Source: an uncultured Deinococcaceae bacterium
GTDB lineage: Bacteria > Deinococcota > Deinococci > Deinococcales > Deinococcaceae
Assembly: GCA_964252075.1 (NCBI GenBank)
Contig: CAXULY010000009.1
Location: 76,434 to 140,433 of the forward strand
Direction: 5' to 3'
DNA: 64,000 nucleotides
The notes under the pieces are model-generated. The model worked only from the letters and a program-made list of their open reading frames with translations, was not told where the DNA came from and made no database searches. Position numbers and translations under genes: made by a program. Each line of letters begins with the position of its first letter. The first letter of the stretch is position 1. Shown in pieces: positions 10,332 to 26,280 of the stretch.

Positions 10332-11389
10332 GCGCTCACCTCGCGCAGCAGGGCGTCGCGCTGGGCGCGCAGGGCGGGCGTGTGCTCCGCGAAGACGTGA
10401 TCGAGCATCTCGGCGGGCTCGGGTTCCGGCATGCGGTCGGCGTCCTGCACGGCCGCCTCGAACTCCGCCACGAGGTCCCGCTGGAGGGCCTCCTCGCGCG
10501 CGTCGTCCCACTGCCCGGCGGCGCGCAGGTGCGCGGCGAGGCGCGCGATGGGGTCGCGGGTGAGCCACTCGCGGGCGGCGTCCTCGGTGCGGTAGCGGCT
10601 GGGGTCGTCACTGACGGTGTGCGGCTTCACGCGGTACGTGACGGTCTCGATGAGGGTGGGGCCGCCGCCATCCCGGGCGCGCGCGACGGCCTCGCGCGCG
10701 ACGTGGTGCACGGCGACCACGTCGTTGCCGTCCACCCGTACGCCGGGGATGCCGTAGCCGTCGGCGCGGCGGGAGAGGTCCGTGGCGCGCGTCTGGCTGC
10801 TGGTGGGCACGCTGATGGCCCAGCCGTTGTTCTGCAGCACGAACACGCACGGCGCCTGCAGCGCGCCCGCGAAGTTCAGCGCCTCGTGGAACTGCCCCTC
10901 GCTGCTGCCGCCGTCCCCTATGAGCGCGAGCGCGACGTTGCGCGTGCCCCGCATCCGTTCGGCGAGCGCGCAGCCCACCGCGTGCGGGTACTGGCTGGCG
11001 ATGGGAATGTAGAAGGGCAGCACCTTCAGGTTTTGCGGCATCGCCCAGCCGTGCGGAGAGGTGCGCCAGTACAGGATGGCTTGACTGATGGGGAGGCCGT
11101 AGGCGAGGGCGGCGCCAGTGTCGCGGTAGGTGGGGAGCAGCCAGTCGTCGGGCGTGAGGGCGAGCGCGACGCCCGCCTGGCTGGCCTCCATGCCGCCGTA
11201 GGGAGGGTACACGCCCATGCGGCCCTGACGGTGCAGCACCACGGCGCGCTCGTCGAAGTGGCGCAGGCGGCGCAGCGCGCGGTACAGGGTGCTGAGGGTT
11301 TCGGGGTCGGGCAGCAGGTCGGGGCGCACGGCGTCGCCCTGCGCGCCGATGATCTGGAAGGGCTGCTGGCTTTCGGGCTCCTGGGTCAT
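10328..11389 (-). CDS. pdhA: 2-oxoacid (pyruvate) dehydrogenase E1 alpha subunit
   Basis: TPP-binding GDG...NN motif; [11 protein letters not shown]. Confidence 0.9.
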   Translation of the reverse strand: MTQEPESQQPFQIIGAQGDAVRPDLLPDPETLSTLYRALRRLRHFDERAVVLHRQGRMGVYPPYGGMEASQAGVALALTPDDWLLPTYRDTGAALAYGLPISQAILYWRTSPHGWAMPQNLKVLPFYIPIASQYPHAVGCALAERMRGTRNVALALIGDGGSSEGQFHEALNFAGALQAPCVFVLQNNGWAISVPTSSQTRATDLSRRADGYGIPGVRVDGNDVVAVHHVAREAVARARDGGGPTLIETVTYRVKPHTVSDDPSRYRTEDAAREWLTRDPIARLAAHLRAAGQWDDAREEALQRDLVAEFEAAVQDADRMPEPEPAEMLDHVFAEHTPALRAQRDALLREVSA

Positions 11390-11503
11390 GCTGAACCTCG
11401 CGTTCGTGTGGGGCGTGCCGGGGTTGAACTTGGCGCCAGCTTAGCACCGAACGTTTGTTTGGCTCTGGAGCCGGGCACGCCGGGCGCGCTTACACTGATC
11501 CCC

Positions 11504-11998
11504 ATGCGACCCGCCCTGCTCCTGGCCCTCACGCTGCTCAGCTGCGCCGCCGCTCAATCCGCCAGCACGCAGGCCTCCAACCTCCGGGACCTGAGCCTCG
11601 CGGACCTGTGCCCACCCACCGCCTACGTCACCATCGACGACGAGGACGACGGCGAACTGGCCGCCGACATCGAGGGGCAGCTCGACAAGTACGCCACCCT
11701 GTACGGCCTGCGGTACGGCGACGCGAAAGGCTGCACCGCGGCCTCCTACCTGAGTGTGGACGCCTTCAAGCTCAAGGGCGGCACGTACAGTTACCTGATC
11801 GAGTTCGGCGTGGAGCTGCGCGGCGACGTGCGCCTGACCCTCGGGTCGCGCAACGTGACGGTCGCGGCGCCGCGCGTGTGGACCAACAGCTACTACGGCA
11901 GCTACGCCACCCTGGAAAACCTCCGGGACGGCGTCACGGACCGGGTGCGCGATTACTACGACGAGTTCGCGCTGGACTGGCGCGCCGCGCACCCCTGA
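11504..11998 (+). CDS. Hypothetical secreted protein
   Basis: Signal peptide MRPALLLALTLLSCAAAQ; TACACT 7 nt upstream. Confidence 0.75.
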   Translation: MRPALLLALTLLSCAAAQSASTQASNLRDLSLADLCPPTAYVTIDDEDDGELAADIEGQLDKYATLYGLRYGDAKGCTAASYLSVDAFKLKGGTYSYLIEFGVELRGDVRLTLGSRNVTVAAPRVWTNSYYGSYATLENLRDGVTDRVRDYYDEFALDWRAAHP

Positions 11999-12409
11999 GC
12001 CGTCGCCGGTGGCTGACAGTGCGTCAGCCGTTCCTAAATGAGCCCCTCGTCCTGTAGAGACTGGTGCTGAGCCCCCGAGCGCGTTCGGCGAGACCATCCT
12101 GTTCGCGAAGTCCCTGCGGGGCCGCACGCGCACCGTCGCGCTCACTATCCACAGCGCGCTGGAGGGCGGACCTGCACCCCGCCACTGGCGCTACCAGCCG
12201 TGGCTGCGTTGCCCACTGACCTGACGCGCACGCGCGGCCCGTCCTGGTGCCTGCCACCCGGCGTGCCTCCGCACGACGGGCACGCCACGGAACGTGGCGC
12301 TCGCCGCGCATACAAATGTCCTGAGCGCCGTTCACCCCTCGTCCGTGCTGGGCTTTTGCGAGTCCCTCCCGGCGGGCGGGGCCAGCGCCTCCGCCCGCCC
12401 TGAGCGCCC

Positions 12410-14485
<2,076 letters not shown>

Positions 14486-14658
14486 GTCCTTTGCAGTCTC
14501 GCCCGATGCCGTGAGGAGCGGGTCAGGTGGACTTGATGTGGACCATCATAAAGGGACCGCGCGCACCAGAGTCTGGCCTGAATCAGCTTTCGCGCGCGGG
14601 GTGGTCATGAAGGCGGGGTGGGCGGGGTCCCCCCACCCACCCCGGCGCGCCCTCAGGT

Positions 14659-15894
14659 TCAGTCCGCGAAGCGGCGCAGCACCAGCACGGCGTTCTGACC
14701 GCCGAAGGCGAAGGAGTTGCTGAGCGCCACGTCCACCTGCTGCTCGCGCGGCGTGAACGGCACGAAATCCAGGTCGAGTTCCGGGTCGGGGTCGTCGAGG
14801 TTGATGGTGGGCGGAATGATGCCGTCATGGATGGCCTGCGCGGTCGCGATGGCCTCCACGGCGCCCGCCGCGCCCAGCAGGTGCCCCGTCATGCTCTTGG
14901 TGGCGCTGATCGCGAGTTTCTTCGCGTGCTCCCCGAACACCGCCTTGATGGCCTGCACCTCGCCCAGGTCGCCCGCCGGGGTGCTGGTGGCGTGCGCGTT
15001 CACGTACTGCACGGCCTCCGGCTCCAGGTGCGCGTGGCGCAGCGCCATGCGGATCGCCTGCTGGATGCCGCGGCCCTCCGGCGCGGGCGCCGTGATGTGG
15101 AAGGCGTCCGCAGAGCAGCCGTACCCGGTCAGTTCGGCGTAGATGCGCGCGCCGCGCTTCTTCGCGGCCTCCAGTTCCTCCAGCACCAGCACGCCCGCGC
15201 CCTCGCCCAGCACGAAACCGTCGCGGCTCGCGGTGAAGGGGCGGCTGGCGCGCGTGGGCTCGTCGTTCCGGAAGCTCAGCGCCTTCATGTTCGAGAAGCC
15301 GCCCATCGCCATGGGCGTCACGGTCGCCTCGCTGCCGCCCGCCAGCATCATGTCGGCGTCGCCGTCCTGGATGTAGCGCATGGCCTCACCGATGGCGGTG
15401 CTGCCCGTCGCGCAGGCCGTCACGACGGTGCTGCTTGGCCCCGCCGCGCCGTAGCGGATGGCGACCTGACCGGACGCCATGTTCGCGATCAGCATGGGGA
15501 TGAACATGGGCGAGATGCGGCCCGCGCCGCGCTCGAAGAACACCTTGCCCTGCGCCTCGAAGGTCTCCATGCCGCCGATGCCGCTGCCGATCAGCACGCC
15601 CACGCGCTCGCTGCGCACCTCGTCCTCCGCGAGGCCCGCGTCCTGAATGGCGAGCGCCGCCGCCGCCAGCGCGTAATGCACGAAGCGGTCCATGCGCTTC
15701 ATCTCGCGCACGTCCAGGAACTGGACGTAGTCGTCCTTGATCTCGCCCGCGATGCGGCACGCGATGGATGAAGCGTCGAAGCGCGTGATGGGCCCGATCC
15801 CGCTGCGCCCCGCCCGCTGCGCCTCGGCGAAGGCCTGCGCCCCCATGCCGATCGGCGTGAGCGGACCCACGCCAGTGATGACAACGCGTCTCAT
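14659..15894 (-). CDS. fabF: 3-oxoacyl-ACP synthase II
   Basis: MRRVVITG, TACATG, NAHATST, KSMTGHLLGAAG, NSFAFGG. Confidence 0.96.
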   Translation of the reverse strand: MRRVVITGVGPLTPIGMGAQAFAEAQRAGRSGIGPITRFDASSIACRIAGEIKDDYVQFLDVREMKRMDRFVHYALAAAALAIQDAGLAEDEVRSERVGVLIGSGIGGMETFEAQGKVFFERGAGRISPMFIPMLIANMASGQVAIRYGAAGPSSTVVTACATGSTAIGEAMRYIQDGDADMMLAGGSEATVTPMAMGGFSNMKALSFRNDEPTRASRPFTASRDGFVLGEGAGVLVLEELEAAKKRGARIYAELTGYGCSADAFHITAPAPEGRGIQQAIRMALRHAHLEPEAVQYVNAHATSTPAGDLGEVQAIKAVFGEHAKKLAISATKSMTGHLLGAAGAVEAIATAQAIHDGIIPPTINLDDPDPELDLDFVPFTPREQQVDVALSNSFAFGGQNAVLVLRRFAD

Positions 15895-15991
15895 GGAGCA
15901 CAGCATAGCGTCTGCGGCAAGAGCGGCGAAAAACGGGGGTTCGGGCCCCCGCCTCACAGCGAAACGCCGCGTGAAGCACTACCCTGCCCGC

Positions 15992-16573
15992 ATGACCGAC
16001 GCGCCCGACACCGCCCCGCCCGTGAACCCCTTGGTGTACCGCGCGGTGCTCGCCGCGACCTTCGTGCCCGTGCTGCTGAGCGGCATGCACCTGCACACCC
16101 TGGGGCGCGAGTTCGTGCCGCCCGAGGGACGCCTCATCGTGGCGGGCAACCACGTGACGGGCCTCGACCCCTTCCTGATCGCGCGCGGCATTCCGGGCCG
16201 CAAACTGCAGTTCATGTCGAAGAAGGAACTGTTCGTGCCGGTGCTGGGCGCCATCATCCGCGCGGGCGGCAGCTTCCCCGTGGACCGCAGCCGCAACGAC
16301 CTCGGCGCCGTGCGGACCGCGCTGCGCATCCTGGAGGCGGAGGGCACGGTCGGCATCTTCCCGGAGGGCACGCGCGGCGGCGGTCAGGCCCTGCAGGGCG
16401 GCGTGGCGCTCCTGGCCCTCAAGGGCCGCTCGCCCGTGCTGCCCGTGGGCCTGCAGCGCGAGGGTAAGCGCTGGCTGGTGCGCATCGGGCCGGTCATCGA
16501 GCCCACCGGACGCATCAAGGAACTCACCGCCCGGATTGGAGCGGAGATGGAAAGGCTGAGCGGGCCGATCTGA
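15992..16573 (+). CDS. plsC: 1-acyl-sn-glycerol-3-phosphate acyltransferase
   Basis: NHxxxxD and FPEGTR motifs. Confidence 0.85.
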   Translation: MTDAPDTAPPVNPLVYRAVLAATFVPVLLSGMHLHTLGREFVPPEGRLIVAGNHVTGLDPFLIARGIPGRKLQFMSKKELFVPVLGAIIRAGGSFPVDRSRNDLGAVRTALRILEAEGTVGIFPEGTRGGGQALQGGVALLALKGRSPVLPVGLQREGKRWLVRIGPVIEPTGRIKELTARIGAEMERLSGPI

Positions 16574-16610
16574 AGTGGGGGCGACCACAGGTGGCCACCC
16601 CCTTCCCCAC

Positions 16611-18020
<1,410 letters not shown>

Positions 18021-18056
18021 GGCGTCCCCAATGTTAACGCTGCCGGCGCGCGCCGC

Positions 18057-19550
18057 TCAGTCGCCGGGGGTGTGGGTGCGGCGCGCTTCCCGCGCGTGCG
18101 CGGCGCGCCCGCGCAACTCCGCAAGCGCCTCGGGGCTGCCCAGCACCTGCAGGGCGTCCCCGGCGAGCAGGACCGTGTCGCCGCGCGGCACGACGTACCG
18201 CCCCGCGCGGCGCAGCAGCACGATCAGCGCGCCGGGCGGCAGGTGCAGCTCCACGATGGAGCGCCCCACCACGGGCGCGTCCGGCGCGACCACCACCTCC
18301 ACCAGCTGCTCCTGCACGGCGGCGGGCTCCGCGAACTCCAGCGGCATGGCGCTGCCCGTGGATGCGGGGAGGTTCACCTTCAGCAGCCGCGCCACCAGCG
18401 GCAGGGTGGTGCCCTGCACAAGGATCGAGACGAGCACCACGAAGAACGTGACGTTGAAGAGCGTCTGCGCGCCCTCCACACCCGCGATGAGCGGGAAGGT
18501 CGCCAGGATGATGGGCACCGCGCCGCGCAGGCCCGTCCAGGAGACCATCAGTTTGTGCGCGAGGGGCGAGCGGTTGGCGAGCAGGCTCACGAAGACCGCG
18601 AGGGGGCGCCCCACGAGGACCAGCACCGCCGCCACCAGCAGGGCGGGGAGCGCCACCTGCAGCAGCTGGTTCGGGAACACCAGCAGGCCCAGCAGCAGGA
18701 ACATCGCGACTTCCAGCAGGTACGCGAGGCCGTCGTGGAAGGCGTGCAGGGAGCGGCGGTGCAGGAAGTCGCGGTCGCGCAGCACGACGCCCGCCACGTA
18801 CACCGCGAGGAAGCCGCTGCCGTGCACGAGGGCCGTCACGCCGTACGTGATGGCGACGAGCGCGACGGACAGCACAGGGTACAGGCCGCCCAGCGCAAGG
18901 TTCACGCGGTTGAGCATCAGGCCGCTGAGGCGCCCGGCGACGTAGCCGATCACACCGCCCAGCAGCATCTCCTGCCCGAACAGGGTGAGCAGCGACCACG
19001 GGGACTGCGCGGGGTGCGTGGCGAGTTCCGTGAGGCCGATCACCAGCACGACCGCCGTGGGGTCGTTGATGCCGGACTCGAACTCCAGCAGGGGCCGGAT
19101 CTGGCCGCGCAGCCCCAGCGCGCGTTCCTTCAGGACGGAGAACACCGCGCTGGCGTCGGTGGGCGCCACGATGGCGCCGAGCAGCAGCGCCAGCAGCCAC
19201 GGCACGCCCAGCAGGTAATGCGCCGCGAGGGCCACCACGCCCGCCGTGACGAGCACGCCCAGGGACGCCAGGGAGATGCCAGCCCACAGCACGGGCCGCG
19301 TGGTCCTCCAGTCGGTTTCCAGCCCGCCGTTGAAGAGGATGTACGCGAGCGCCACGGTGCCCACGAACTGCGTGAGGTGGTAGTCCTCGAAGGCGATGCC
19401 GCCGAAGCCGTCGCTGCCCGCCAGCATGCCGATCACCAGGAACAGCAGCAGGCCCGGCAGGCCGAGCCGCCCGCCCAGCTTCCCAGCCAGCAGGCTGAGC
19501 AGCAGCAGCACGCCCGCGATGAGGATAACGAGGGTCGGGTCAGTGACCAA
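18057..19550 (-). CDS. K+/H+ antiporter (NhaP2/CvrA family) with TrkA-C domain
   Basis: [24 protein letters not shown]-terminal RCK_C; start uncertain. Confidence 0.88.
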   Translation of the reverse strand: MVTDPTLVILIAGVLLLLSLLAGKLGGRLGLPGLLLFLVIGMLAGSDGFGGIAFEDYHLTQFVGTVALAYILFNGGLETDWRTTRPVLWAGISLASLGVLVTAGVVALAAHYLLGVPWLLALLLGAIVAPTDASAVFSVLKERALGLRGQIRPLLEFESGINDPTAVVLVIGLTELATHPAQSPWSLLTLFGQEMLLGGVIGYVAGRLSGLMLNRVNLALGGLYPVLSVALVAITYGVTALVHGSGFLAVYVAGVVLRDRDFLHRRSLHAFHDGLAYLLEVAMFLLLGLLVFPNQLLQVALPALLVAAVLVLVGRPLAVFVSLLANRSPLAHKLMVSWTGLRGAVPIILATFPLIAGVEGAQTLFNVTFFVVLVSILVQGTTLPLVARLLKVNLPASTGSAMPLEFAEPAAVQEQLVEVVVAPDAPVVGRSIVELHLPPGALIVLLRRAGRYVVPRGDTVLLAGDALQVLGSPEALAELRGRAAHAREARRTHTPGD

Positions 19551-19766
19551 ACAGGGGTCCTGACGGGCAGCGCCGCGCCGGTGGGGACGGGCCGGGCGCC
19601 GGGCGGTGGGGAGAGGCGGTCATGCCTCAGTGTACGGAAAGCCCGCGGCGGCGTCAGGAACGCGTGTCCCAGGGACCGACTTGATGAAACCTTGCGGCTT
19701 GCCCCACGAAGTGTTGCTCCGCCACCGCCGCCCTGCACGCCGCCGTTACCATGGCGGCAGAACGTC

Positions 19767-21935
19767 ATGGCCTCCGTCCGACCCCCCTCCCACTCCGCCC
19801 ACGCCGCCCTTCTGGATGCGTTGCCCGATGCGCTGCTCACGCTGGACGCCACCTGGCGCGTCCGCTTCGTGAATGCCGCCGCCGCGCGCTTCCTGCACCG
19901 CGCGGCGGCGGAGGTGCTGGGGCAGGACGTGTGGACGGCATGCCCGGAGCTGCGCGGGACGCCCATCGAGGCGGAACTCCGCGCGGGTGTGGCGACGTCC
20001 TTCGAGGCGGCGTGGCCGGGGCGGGCGGCGCGGCTCTCCCTGCAGGTGTTCGCCCTAACGGACGGTCTGGGCCTGCACTTCCGGGAGGCCGCGGGCGCGC
20101 CGCGCCGCCGGAACCTGCAGCGGCAGAACGCGGCCCTGGAAGCGCACATCGCGCAGCGCACGCAGGTGCTGCGCGAACGCAACCTGGACCTGCAGGCGGA
20201 AACGGAGGCCCTCACGGCCTTCGTGGACTTCAGCGAGGCGGCCGCCGAGACCAGCGACGTGCGCGCCCTCGCGCGGCACGCGGTGGAGGTGCTGCGCCGC
20301 ACCCTCGGGGACGTCACGGCCGTGTTCTACGAGGCGAGCGAGCGCGCGTGGCTGCCGCGCGTGTGGTCGGCGGACCTCGCCGCGCCCCTGCTGGACGCGC
20401 TGCAGGCGGGCGTGCCGCTGAACCAGCCGACCTTCTCGGTGGCCGTCTCGAAACGCGCGCCGGTGTTCGTGGACGAGTGGGACGCCGGGCGTGAAGGCAT
20501 CCGCGAGAGTGACGGGTACGGCACCGTCGCGGTGTACCCCTTCTTCATGGGGTTCCGGCAGGAGGTCCCGCGCGCGCTGCTCACGCTGGGCAGCGTCGGC
20601 GCGCGCCAGGGTTGGTCCGCGCGCGAGCGGGCGATCTTCCGGACGGTGGGGCGCAGCCTCGCGCTGGCGCTGGAGCGCGCCGACGCGCTGCAGCAGCTGC
20701 GCGCGTCGCAGGCGGAAGTCGAGAGCCGCAACGCCGCGCTGGAGAGCTTCGCGCTGCTGGCGCGCGACCTGGCCTTCGAGACGGACGCCGCGGCGCTCGT
20801 GCGGCGCGCGCAGGAGATCGTGCTGCCCCTGCTGCCGCCCGGCTACGCGGTGTACTACGAGCCGGAGGGGCCGCTGTGGCGCCTGCGCGCGCAGACCGGC
20901 GCGCTCGGGAACCCCACCCTGCAGCGCCTCGTGGACGCCGGGCTGCCAATGGAGGACACCGGGAACCTGCTGATCCCGTGGCGCACGCAGCAGGCGTACT
21001 ACCAGGACCGTTACGACACCCACACCGACCAGTTGCACGACCTCACGCAGCACGTGGGCGCCTCCGCCGCCCTGCCCGTGCTGGTGAACGGCGAGCCGCG
21101 CGGCGTGTTCGCGGTGGGCCTCTTCCAGCGCCACCGCTGGTCGGACGCCGAGAAGGCCCTCCTGGAAACCACGACCTTCAGCCTGCGCCTCGCGCTGGAA
21201 CGCGCGCGGGCCGCGGCGGAACGCGCGGACCAGCAGGTGAAGCTGGAGGAAGCGAACGCGGAACTGGAGGCGTTCGCGTACAGCGCCTCGCACGACCTGC
21301 GCACGCCCGTGCGGCACATCCAGGGTTTCACGGACCTGCTGCGCCGCGAGCTGGGCGACCACACCACCCAGAAGACCGCGCGGCTGCTGGACGTGATCGA
21401 GTCGGCTTCCATGCGCATGAGCACCCTCATTGACGAGCTGCTGGCCTTCTCGCGGCTGGGCCGGCAGGCCCTGCGGGTGGAACGCGTGGACCTGAACAGC
21501 GTCGTGGGGGCCGTGCGGGACGAGCTGGAGGGCGAAGCGGCGGGCCGCGCGGTGCGGTGGGAGGTGGGCCCCCTGCCGACCGTGCGGGGTGACGCGGCGC
21601 TGCTGTATCAGGTCTTCGAGAACCTGCTGTCCAACGCCCTGAAGTACAGCGGCACGCGGCCCGAGGCGCGCATCGAGGTGCGCGCGCAGTCCGTGGACAG
21701 CGAGCACGTCGTGTGGGTGCGGGACAACGGCGTGGGCTTCGACATGCGGTACAGCGAGCGCCTCTTCGGGGTGTTCCAGCGCCTGCACCGCGAATCGGAG
21801 TTCGAGGGGACCGGCGTGGGCCTCGCGAACGTGCGGCGCATCGTGCAGAAGCACGGCGGGCGCGTGTGGGCGGAGAGTGAACTTGATCGGGGCGCCGCGT
21901 TCTTCTTCAGCTTGCCGCGCGCCCGCGACGATTGA
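19767..21935 (+). CDS. PAS/GAF sensor histidine kinase
   Basis: N-terminal PAS, two GAF-like domains, SHDLRTP H-box, [21 protein letters not shown]. Confidence 0.92.
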   Translation: MASVRPPSHSAHAALLDALPDALLTLDATWRVRFVNAAAARFLHRAAAEVLGQDVWTACPELRGTPIEAELRAGVATSFEAAWPGRAARLSLQVFALTDGLGLHFREAAGAPRRRNLQRQNAALEAHIAQRTQVLRERNLDLQAETEALTAFVDFSEAAAETSDVRALARHAVEVLRRTLGDVTAVFYEASERAWLPRVWSADLAAPLLDALQAGVPLNQPTFSVAVSKRAPVFVDEWDAGREGIRESDGYGTVAVYPFFMGFRQEVPRALLTLGSVGARQGWSARERAIFRTVGRSLALALERADALQQLRASQAEVESRNAALESFALLARDLAFETDAAALVRRAQEIVLPLLPPGYAVYYEPEGPLWRLRAQTGALGNPTLQRLVDAGLPMEDTGNLLIPWRTQQAYYQDRYDTHTDQLHDLTQHVGASAALPVLVNGEPRGVFAVGLFQRHRWSDAEKALLETTTFSLRLALERARAAAERADQQVKLEEANAELEAFAYSASHDLRTPVRHIQGFTDLLRRELGDHTTQKTARLLDVIESASMRMSTLIDELLAFSRLGRQALRVERVDLNSVVGAVRDELEGEAAGRAVRWEVGPLPTVRGDAALLYQVFENLLSNALKYSGTRPEARIEVRAQSVDSEHVVWVRDNGVGFDMRYSERLFGVFQRLHRESEFEGTGVGLANVRRIVQKHGGRVWAESELDRGAAFFFSLPRARDD

Positions 21936-21974
21936 CGGCGCCCTGAGCGCCCAAGGGCGGTGGCCCGGGTGTCT

Positions 21975-22961
21975 TCAGCGCTCGGGGCGCAGGACCGCCA
22001 GCAGCGGGCGGTGATCGCTGCCGCCCGGCGGCAGCACCCGCGCCGAGAGCGGCTGCACGCCCCGCATGAAGACGTGATCGATGCGCCACAGCGGCAGCGC
22101 GGACGGGAAACTCAGCCCGAAGCCCACCCCGACCGCGCCGAAGGCGTCCGTGAGGGCGCCCTCCAGGCGCCGGTAATCGCGGCCGCGCGGCGGCGTGTTG
22201 AAGTCCCCCGCCACCACCAGCGGGTCCGGCGCCGCCGCGATCAGGGCCATGAGGGCGTTCAGCTGCCGGTCACGCGCCTGCTCGCTGGCGCCCAGACGAC
22301 CCCGCATGGCGGCCGTCACCTGCACGGACCACAGGTGCACGTTCACCACCCGCAGGCGGCGGTCCTGCCAGCGCAGGTCCGTGACGAGCGCGTGCCGCCC
22401 ACCCGCGTCGAGCGTCACGTCCCGCTGCGCGAGCAGCGGCAGGCGCGTGAAGGTCGCGACCTCGTTCAGGGCGACCACGCGGTATTCCGGCAGCGCGTCC
22501 TTCAGGCCCTGCAGGAAGCCCGCGCGCAGGCCGTTCACCTCCTGCAGCGTCACCACGTCCGGGTTCACGGAGCGAATGGTGGCCGCCACGCGCTCCGGGC
22601 TGCTCAGGCCGCCGCGCGCCACGTTGAAGCTCAGCACCCGCAGGCCCACGTCGCGCGTGGGCAGGTGCAGGTTGAGCCCGGCGTACACCAGCGCCAGCGC
22701 ACACGCCAGCAGTGCGAGCAGTACCGGGCGCGCGCGCGGGCGCCACAGCGCCAGCAGCAGCAGCGCGGGCGCGGGCCACGCGAACAGCAGGGGCGGCGCG
22801 TACGTGAGGAGCAGCGTGGCGGGCGTGACCTCTCCCACCACCTCTCCCAGCAGCCACACCAGCACCAGCACGCCCAGGTACAGCAGACACCACCACTCCA
22901 GCGACCAGACGCGCACACGCCTCACACGCCCGAGTGTACGGGGTGAAGCGAAAGGCCACAA
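21975..22961 (-). CDS. Endonuclease/exonuclease/phosphatase family membrane protein (true start probably a little downstream)
   Basis: SFNV, LQEV, GDFN, RIDH, SDH motifs; N-terminal TMs. Confidence 0.85.
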   Translation of the reverse strand: MWPFASPRTLGRVRRVRVWSLEWWCLLYLGVLVLVWLLGEVVGEVTPATLLLTYAPPLLFAWPAPALLLLALWRPRARPVLLALLACALALVYAGLNLHLPTRDVGLRVLSFNVARGGLSSPERVAATIRSVNPDVVTLQEVNGLRAGFLQGLKDALPEYRVVALNEVATFTRLPLLAQRDVTLDAGGRHALVTDLRWQDRRLRVVNVHLWSVQVTAAMRGRLGASEQARDRQLNALMALIAAAPDPLVVAGDFNTPPRGRDYRRLEGALTDAFGAVGVGFGLSFPSALPLWRIDHVFMRGVQPLSARVLPPGGSDHRPLLAVLRPER

Positions 22962-22985
22962 AAAACCCCGCCTGATGACGGGGTT
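22960..22985 (-). terminator. Intrinsic terminator after the CAT tRNA
   Basis: AACCCCG...CGGGGTT stem with a U-run on the minus strand. Confidence 0.65.
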
Positions 22986-22994
22986 CCTGTTCCC

Positions 22995-23071
<77 letters not shown>

Positions 23072-23138
23072 GCGCGTGCGCGTGGGCCCGAGTAGCTTAG
23101 CGCTGCGTGCGCCCTCCCTGCAAGTCCCGGGCGGTAGG

Positions 23139-24320
23139 ATGGCGGGCGTGCGGCCAGGCGCGGATCTGCTGGTGGTTTCGAACGGTCACGCTGAGGACCT
23201 GATCGGGGCGGCGCTGCTGCGCGCGCTGCGGCGTCCGGCGTGGGTGGCGCCGCTGGTGGGTGAGGGGCGCGTGTACGCAGGCGTGGCGGAGCGGGTGTCG
23301 CCTGAGTTGCGCCTGCCTTCGGGCGGGTTTCCGTTCGCGAGCGCGGGGAATCTCGCGGCGGACTTGTGCGCGGGTCTCGTGGGGGGCTCCTTGCGCCAGT
23401 GGCGGGCGGTGTGGCGCGCGGGGCGGCGCGTGCGGGCGGTGGTGGCGGTGGGGGACGCGTACGCGCTGTGGCTCGCGGCGCGCGCGGCGGGCGGGCGACC
23501 GCTGTACCACCTGCAACCGCTGGTGTCCGTGCTGTACGGCGAGGGCATGGCGTGGCGGGATCATTTGCGGGAACTGAACGCGCTGGGCGCGAACGTGTTC
23601 CTGCCGGGCGAGTTGGCGCTGGGGCGGCGCGCGCGGCGGGTGTTCACGCGGGACGCGGCGAGTGCCGCGCACCTGCGGGCGCGCGGCGTGAACGCGGCGT
23701 GGCATGGGAGTTTCGCGATGGACCTGCTGCCCGCGCCAGAGCGCGACCTGGGCGCGCTGCGGGATGGGCGTCCCGTGCTGGCCCTGCTGCCGGGCAGCCG
23801 GGGGGACGCGCGCTTCAGCCTTCCCGTCATGCTGGGGGCTGCAGAGCGGCTCCCGGAGGTGCAGGCGATGGTGGGGTGGGCGGGCGATTGGAGAGCCCTG
23901 CCGGACCTGCCGGGCTGGCGGGTGGACGTTGAGGATGCGGGGCGCGCGGTGCTGTCGCGCGGTGGGGTGCGGGTGCTGGCGCTCTGTGGGGCGTTCGGGG
24001 CGCTGGCGCGGGCGGCGGCGGTGGCGCTGGGCACGGCGGGCACCGCGAGTGAGCAGCTGGCGGGGCTGGGCGTGCCGGTGGTGGGCTTCGTGACGCCGGG
24101 GCCGCAGTTCACGCCGTCCTTCGCGCGGCGTCAGGCGCGCCTGCTGGGGAGCGCCCTCACGCTCACGCGCGCGCAGCCGGACGCGGTGGCCGCGGAGGTG
24201 CGCGCCCTGCTGCGGCACCCGGAATGGGCGGCCCTGGCGGGTGGGGTTGGGCGGGCGCGCATCGGACCGCCGGGCGCCATTGCGCGCATCGGGGCGGAGG
24301 TCAGCGCGGCGCTGGAGTGA
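23139..24320 (+). CDS. Lipid-A-disaccharide-synthase-related GT-B protein
   Basis: [37 protein letters not shown]. Confidence 0.75.
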   Translation: MAGVRPGADLLVVSNGHAEDLIGAALLRALRRPAWVAPLVGEGRVYAGVAERVSPELRLPSGGFPFASAGNLAADLCAGLVGGSLRQWRAVWRAGRRVRAVVAVGDAYALWLAARAAGGRPLYHLQPLVSVLYGEGMAWRDHLRELNALGANVFLPGELALGRRARRVFTRDAASAAHLRARGVNAAWHGSFAMDLLPAPERDLGALRDGRPVLALLPGSRGDARFSLPVMLGAAERLPEVQAMVGWAGDWRALPDLPGWRVDVEDAGRAVLSRGGVRVLALCGAFGALARAAAVALGTAGTASEQLAGLGVPVVGFVTPGPQFTPSFARRQARLLGSALTLTRAQPDAVAAEVRALLRHPEWAALAGGVGRARIGPPGAIARIGAEVSAALE

Positions 24321-25017
24321 GGAACAGCGTGCGGGCGCGCGTCCAGCCGTCCCGCCAGCCGAGGGGCCGCAGGTTCAGGTCGCGCAGGGGCACCGGGTGA
24401 AAGCCACGCGCGCGCAGATCCGGCAGCAGGGCGTCCAGCAACGCCACGGTGCGGGCGGGCCCGTCGTGCAGCAGGATCACGCTGCCGCCCCGGGCGCGGG
24501 CGAGCACCGCGCGCGCGAGGGCCTGCGGGGGTTGGTCCAGCCAGTCGCACGACTCCACGTCCCAGAGGGCCACCTGACGCCCGGCGCGCCGCACGAGCCA
24601 GCGCGTGAGGGGCGAGTGCGCGCCCCACGGCGGGCGGTACAGGCGGCCGTGCGGCGTGGGGTGCCAGCGCACCTGCGCCCATTCCGCCCAGGGGGTGAGG
24701 GTGAGGGCGTGGCGGTGCCGCGCGCCGTGCGACTCCAGCTGGTGCCCGGCGGCCTGCAGGGCGCGCAGGGCGTCCGGGTGCGCGGCGCAGGCGTCCCCGT
24801 TCACGAAGAAGGTGGCGGTCACGCCGTGACGGGCGAGTGCGGCCAGCACGTCGGGCGTGCGCTCACCCGGCCCGTCGTCGAACGTGAGGGCCACGCGGGT
24901 GTCCGTGCGCGCGCCGTGCGCGAGCGCGCCGACGCCCAGCACCCGCCCGAGCAGGTCCGCGAGCAGGACCGCCAGCGCCACCGCCGTGAGGCCCAGCGCC
25001 AGGGGGCGCTTAATCAT
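24301..25017 (-). CDS. Polysaccharide deacetylase (NodB family)
   Basis: LTFDDGP, HG..H, YRPPWG, ILLHD. Confidence 0.88.
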   Translation of the reverse strand: MIKRPLALGLTAVALAVLLADLLGRVLGVGALAHGARTDTRVALTFDDGPGERTPDVLAALARHGVTATFFVNGDACAAHPDALRALQAAGHQLESHGARHRHALTLTPWAEWAQVRWHPTPHGRLYRPPWGAHSPLTRWLVRRAGRQVALWDVESCDWLDQPPQALARAVLARARGGSVILLHDGPARTVALLDALLPDLRARGFHPVPLRDLNLRPLGWRDGWTRARTLFLTPAPR

Positions 25018-26215
25018 CCGCGGCGTCCGGCAGGGCGGGCGGAGACATGCGCGTGTAGAACAGCGCGGCGAGCAGCATGATAGCGGCGCCCAGCAGGAAG
25101 GGCGCACGCAGCCCGAAGTGATCCCAGGCGAGCGAGCCGAGCAGCGGGCCGCTGGCGGTGCCGAGGTTCTCGAAGGTCATGACGGCGCCCCACCCGACCG
25201 TGCGGCGCGATTCCGGCAGGGCGCGGGCCACCATGCCGCCCCAGCCAGGCACGATGCAGGCGTACCCGAAGCCCGCCGTGGCGGCCAGCGCGAAGTACGC
25301 CCACAGCGGCGGCAGCGTGGCGATCAGGCCGAGGCTCGCGGCGGCCACGAACAGGCCGAGCGCCAGCACGAGGCGCGGTGAGCGGCGGTCCGCGAGGCGC
25401 CCCGTGACGCTCAGCAGGCCGTACGCGGCGGCCGCGCCGACCACCATGACGCCCACCAATCCGTACCCCTGGAGGCCCACGCGGCGTGCGAAGAGCGCGA
25501 TGACGGGCCCCAGCAGTGTGAGGGCGAGGGTCTGCACGAAGGCGGCGGGCAGCAGCAGGCGCAGGGTGGGCCACAGGCCGCGCCACGGCACGCGGGCGGC
25601 GGCGCGTCGCTCCTCGCGCGAGGGGCGCGCCTCGCCGAGGGACAGGGCGGCCAGCAGCGCCGCGAGGGCCTGCGCGGCGACCATCAGGGCGGGCGCGAGG
25701 AGCGCGCCGCCCCAGCGGGCGTCCGCCAGCCCGAAGGTGCCGAGGCCCAGGAACCCCAGGCCGATGAAGGGCGCGACCGCCATGTTCGCGAAGCCCACCG
25801 CGCGTGCCTGCTCGCTGGGCGCGCTGGCGCTGCTTGCGAGCGTCATGGCGCCCGGCCACAGGGGACTCACGGCGAGGCCGTGTACAACGGCCAGCACCGC
25901 CAGCAGCGCAGCGCTGTGTGTGCGGCTGGCGAGCAGCACCGCCAGCACCGCGAGCAGACTCCCAGCGAGCGCGACGCGCGACCAGCCGTACCGCGCCACG
26001 AGGTACCCGCCCACGCCGCGCGCGAGGGTGTCCGCGAGGTAATGCAGGGTCCAGGCGAGGCCCACCACGCTCAGCCCGAGGCCGAGCTCCTGCGCGCGGG
26101 CGGGCAGGTACGCGGCGTACAGCCCTGTCCGCACAAACTCCGCGAGGCCCAGCGTGAGGAGCGCGCGCGCGACCGCCCCGAGCGCGGGGCGCGGCCACGG
26201 CAGGGCCCTCAGCAC
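25010..26215 (-). CDS. MFS transporter (possible glycolipid flippase)
   Basis: About 12 [10 protein letters not shown] motif A; glycosyltransferase context. Confidence 0.85.
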   Translation of the reverse strand: MLRALPWPRPALGAVARALLTLGLAEFVRTGLYAAYLPARAQELGLGLSVVGLAWTLHYLADTLARGVGGYLVARYGWSRVALAGSLLAVLAVLLASRTHSAALLAVLAVVHGLAVSPLWPGAMTLASSASAPSEQARAVGFANMAVAPFIGLGFLGLGTFGLADARWGGALLAPALMVAAQALAALLAALSLGEARPSREERRAAARVPWRGLWPTLRLLLPAAFVQTLALTLLGPVIALFARRVGLQGYGLVGVMVVGAAAAYGLLSVTGRLADRRSPRLVLALGLFVAAASLGLIATLPPLWAYFALAATAGFGYACIVPGWGGMVARALPESRRTVGWGAVMTFENLGTASGPLLGSLAWDHFGLRAPFLLGAAIMLLAALFYTRMSPPALPDAADD

Positions 26216-26280
26216 GCTGGAGGGCGCGACGTGACCGCGCGCCCCTCCCCTGCGCGTGCCGGGTGCTTTACGCTGGGCGC

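Noticed and set aside
9324..11389. E1 alpha/beta without adjacent E2/E3
   Set aside because: Split dehydrogenase loci are common and not informative
12000..12409. 400-bp intergenic region as ncRNA, riboswitch or IS remnant
   Set aside because: Has a hairpin (12011-12029) and a startless coding-like stretch (FGETILFAKSL), but I could not match RNase P, 6S, tmRNA, riboswitch or IS-end consensus; an Rfam/ISfinder search is needed
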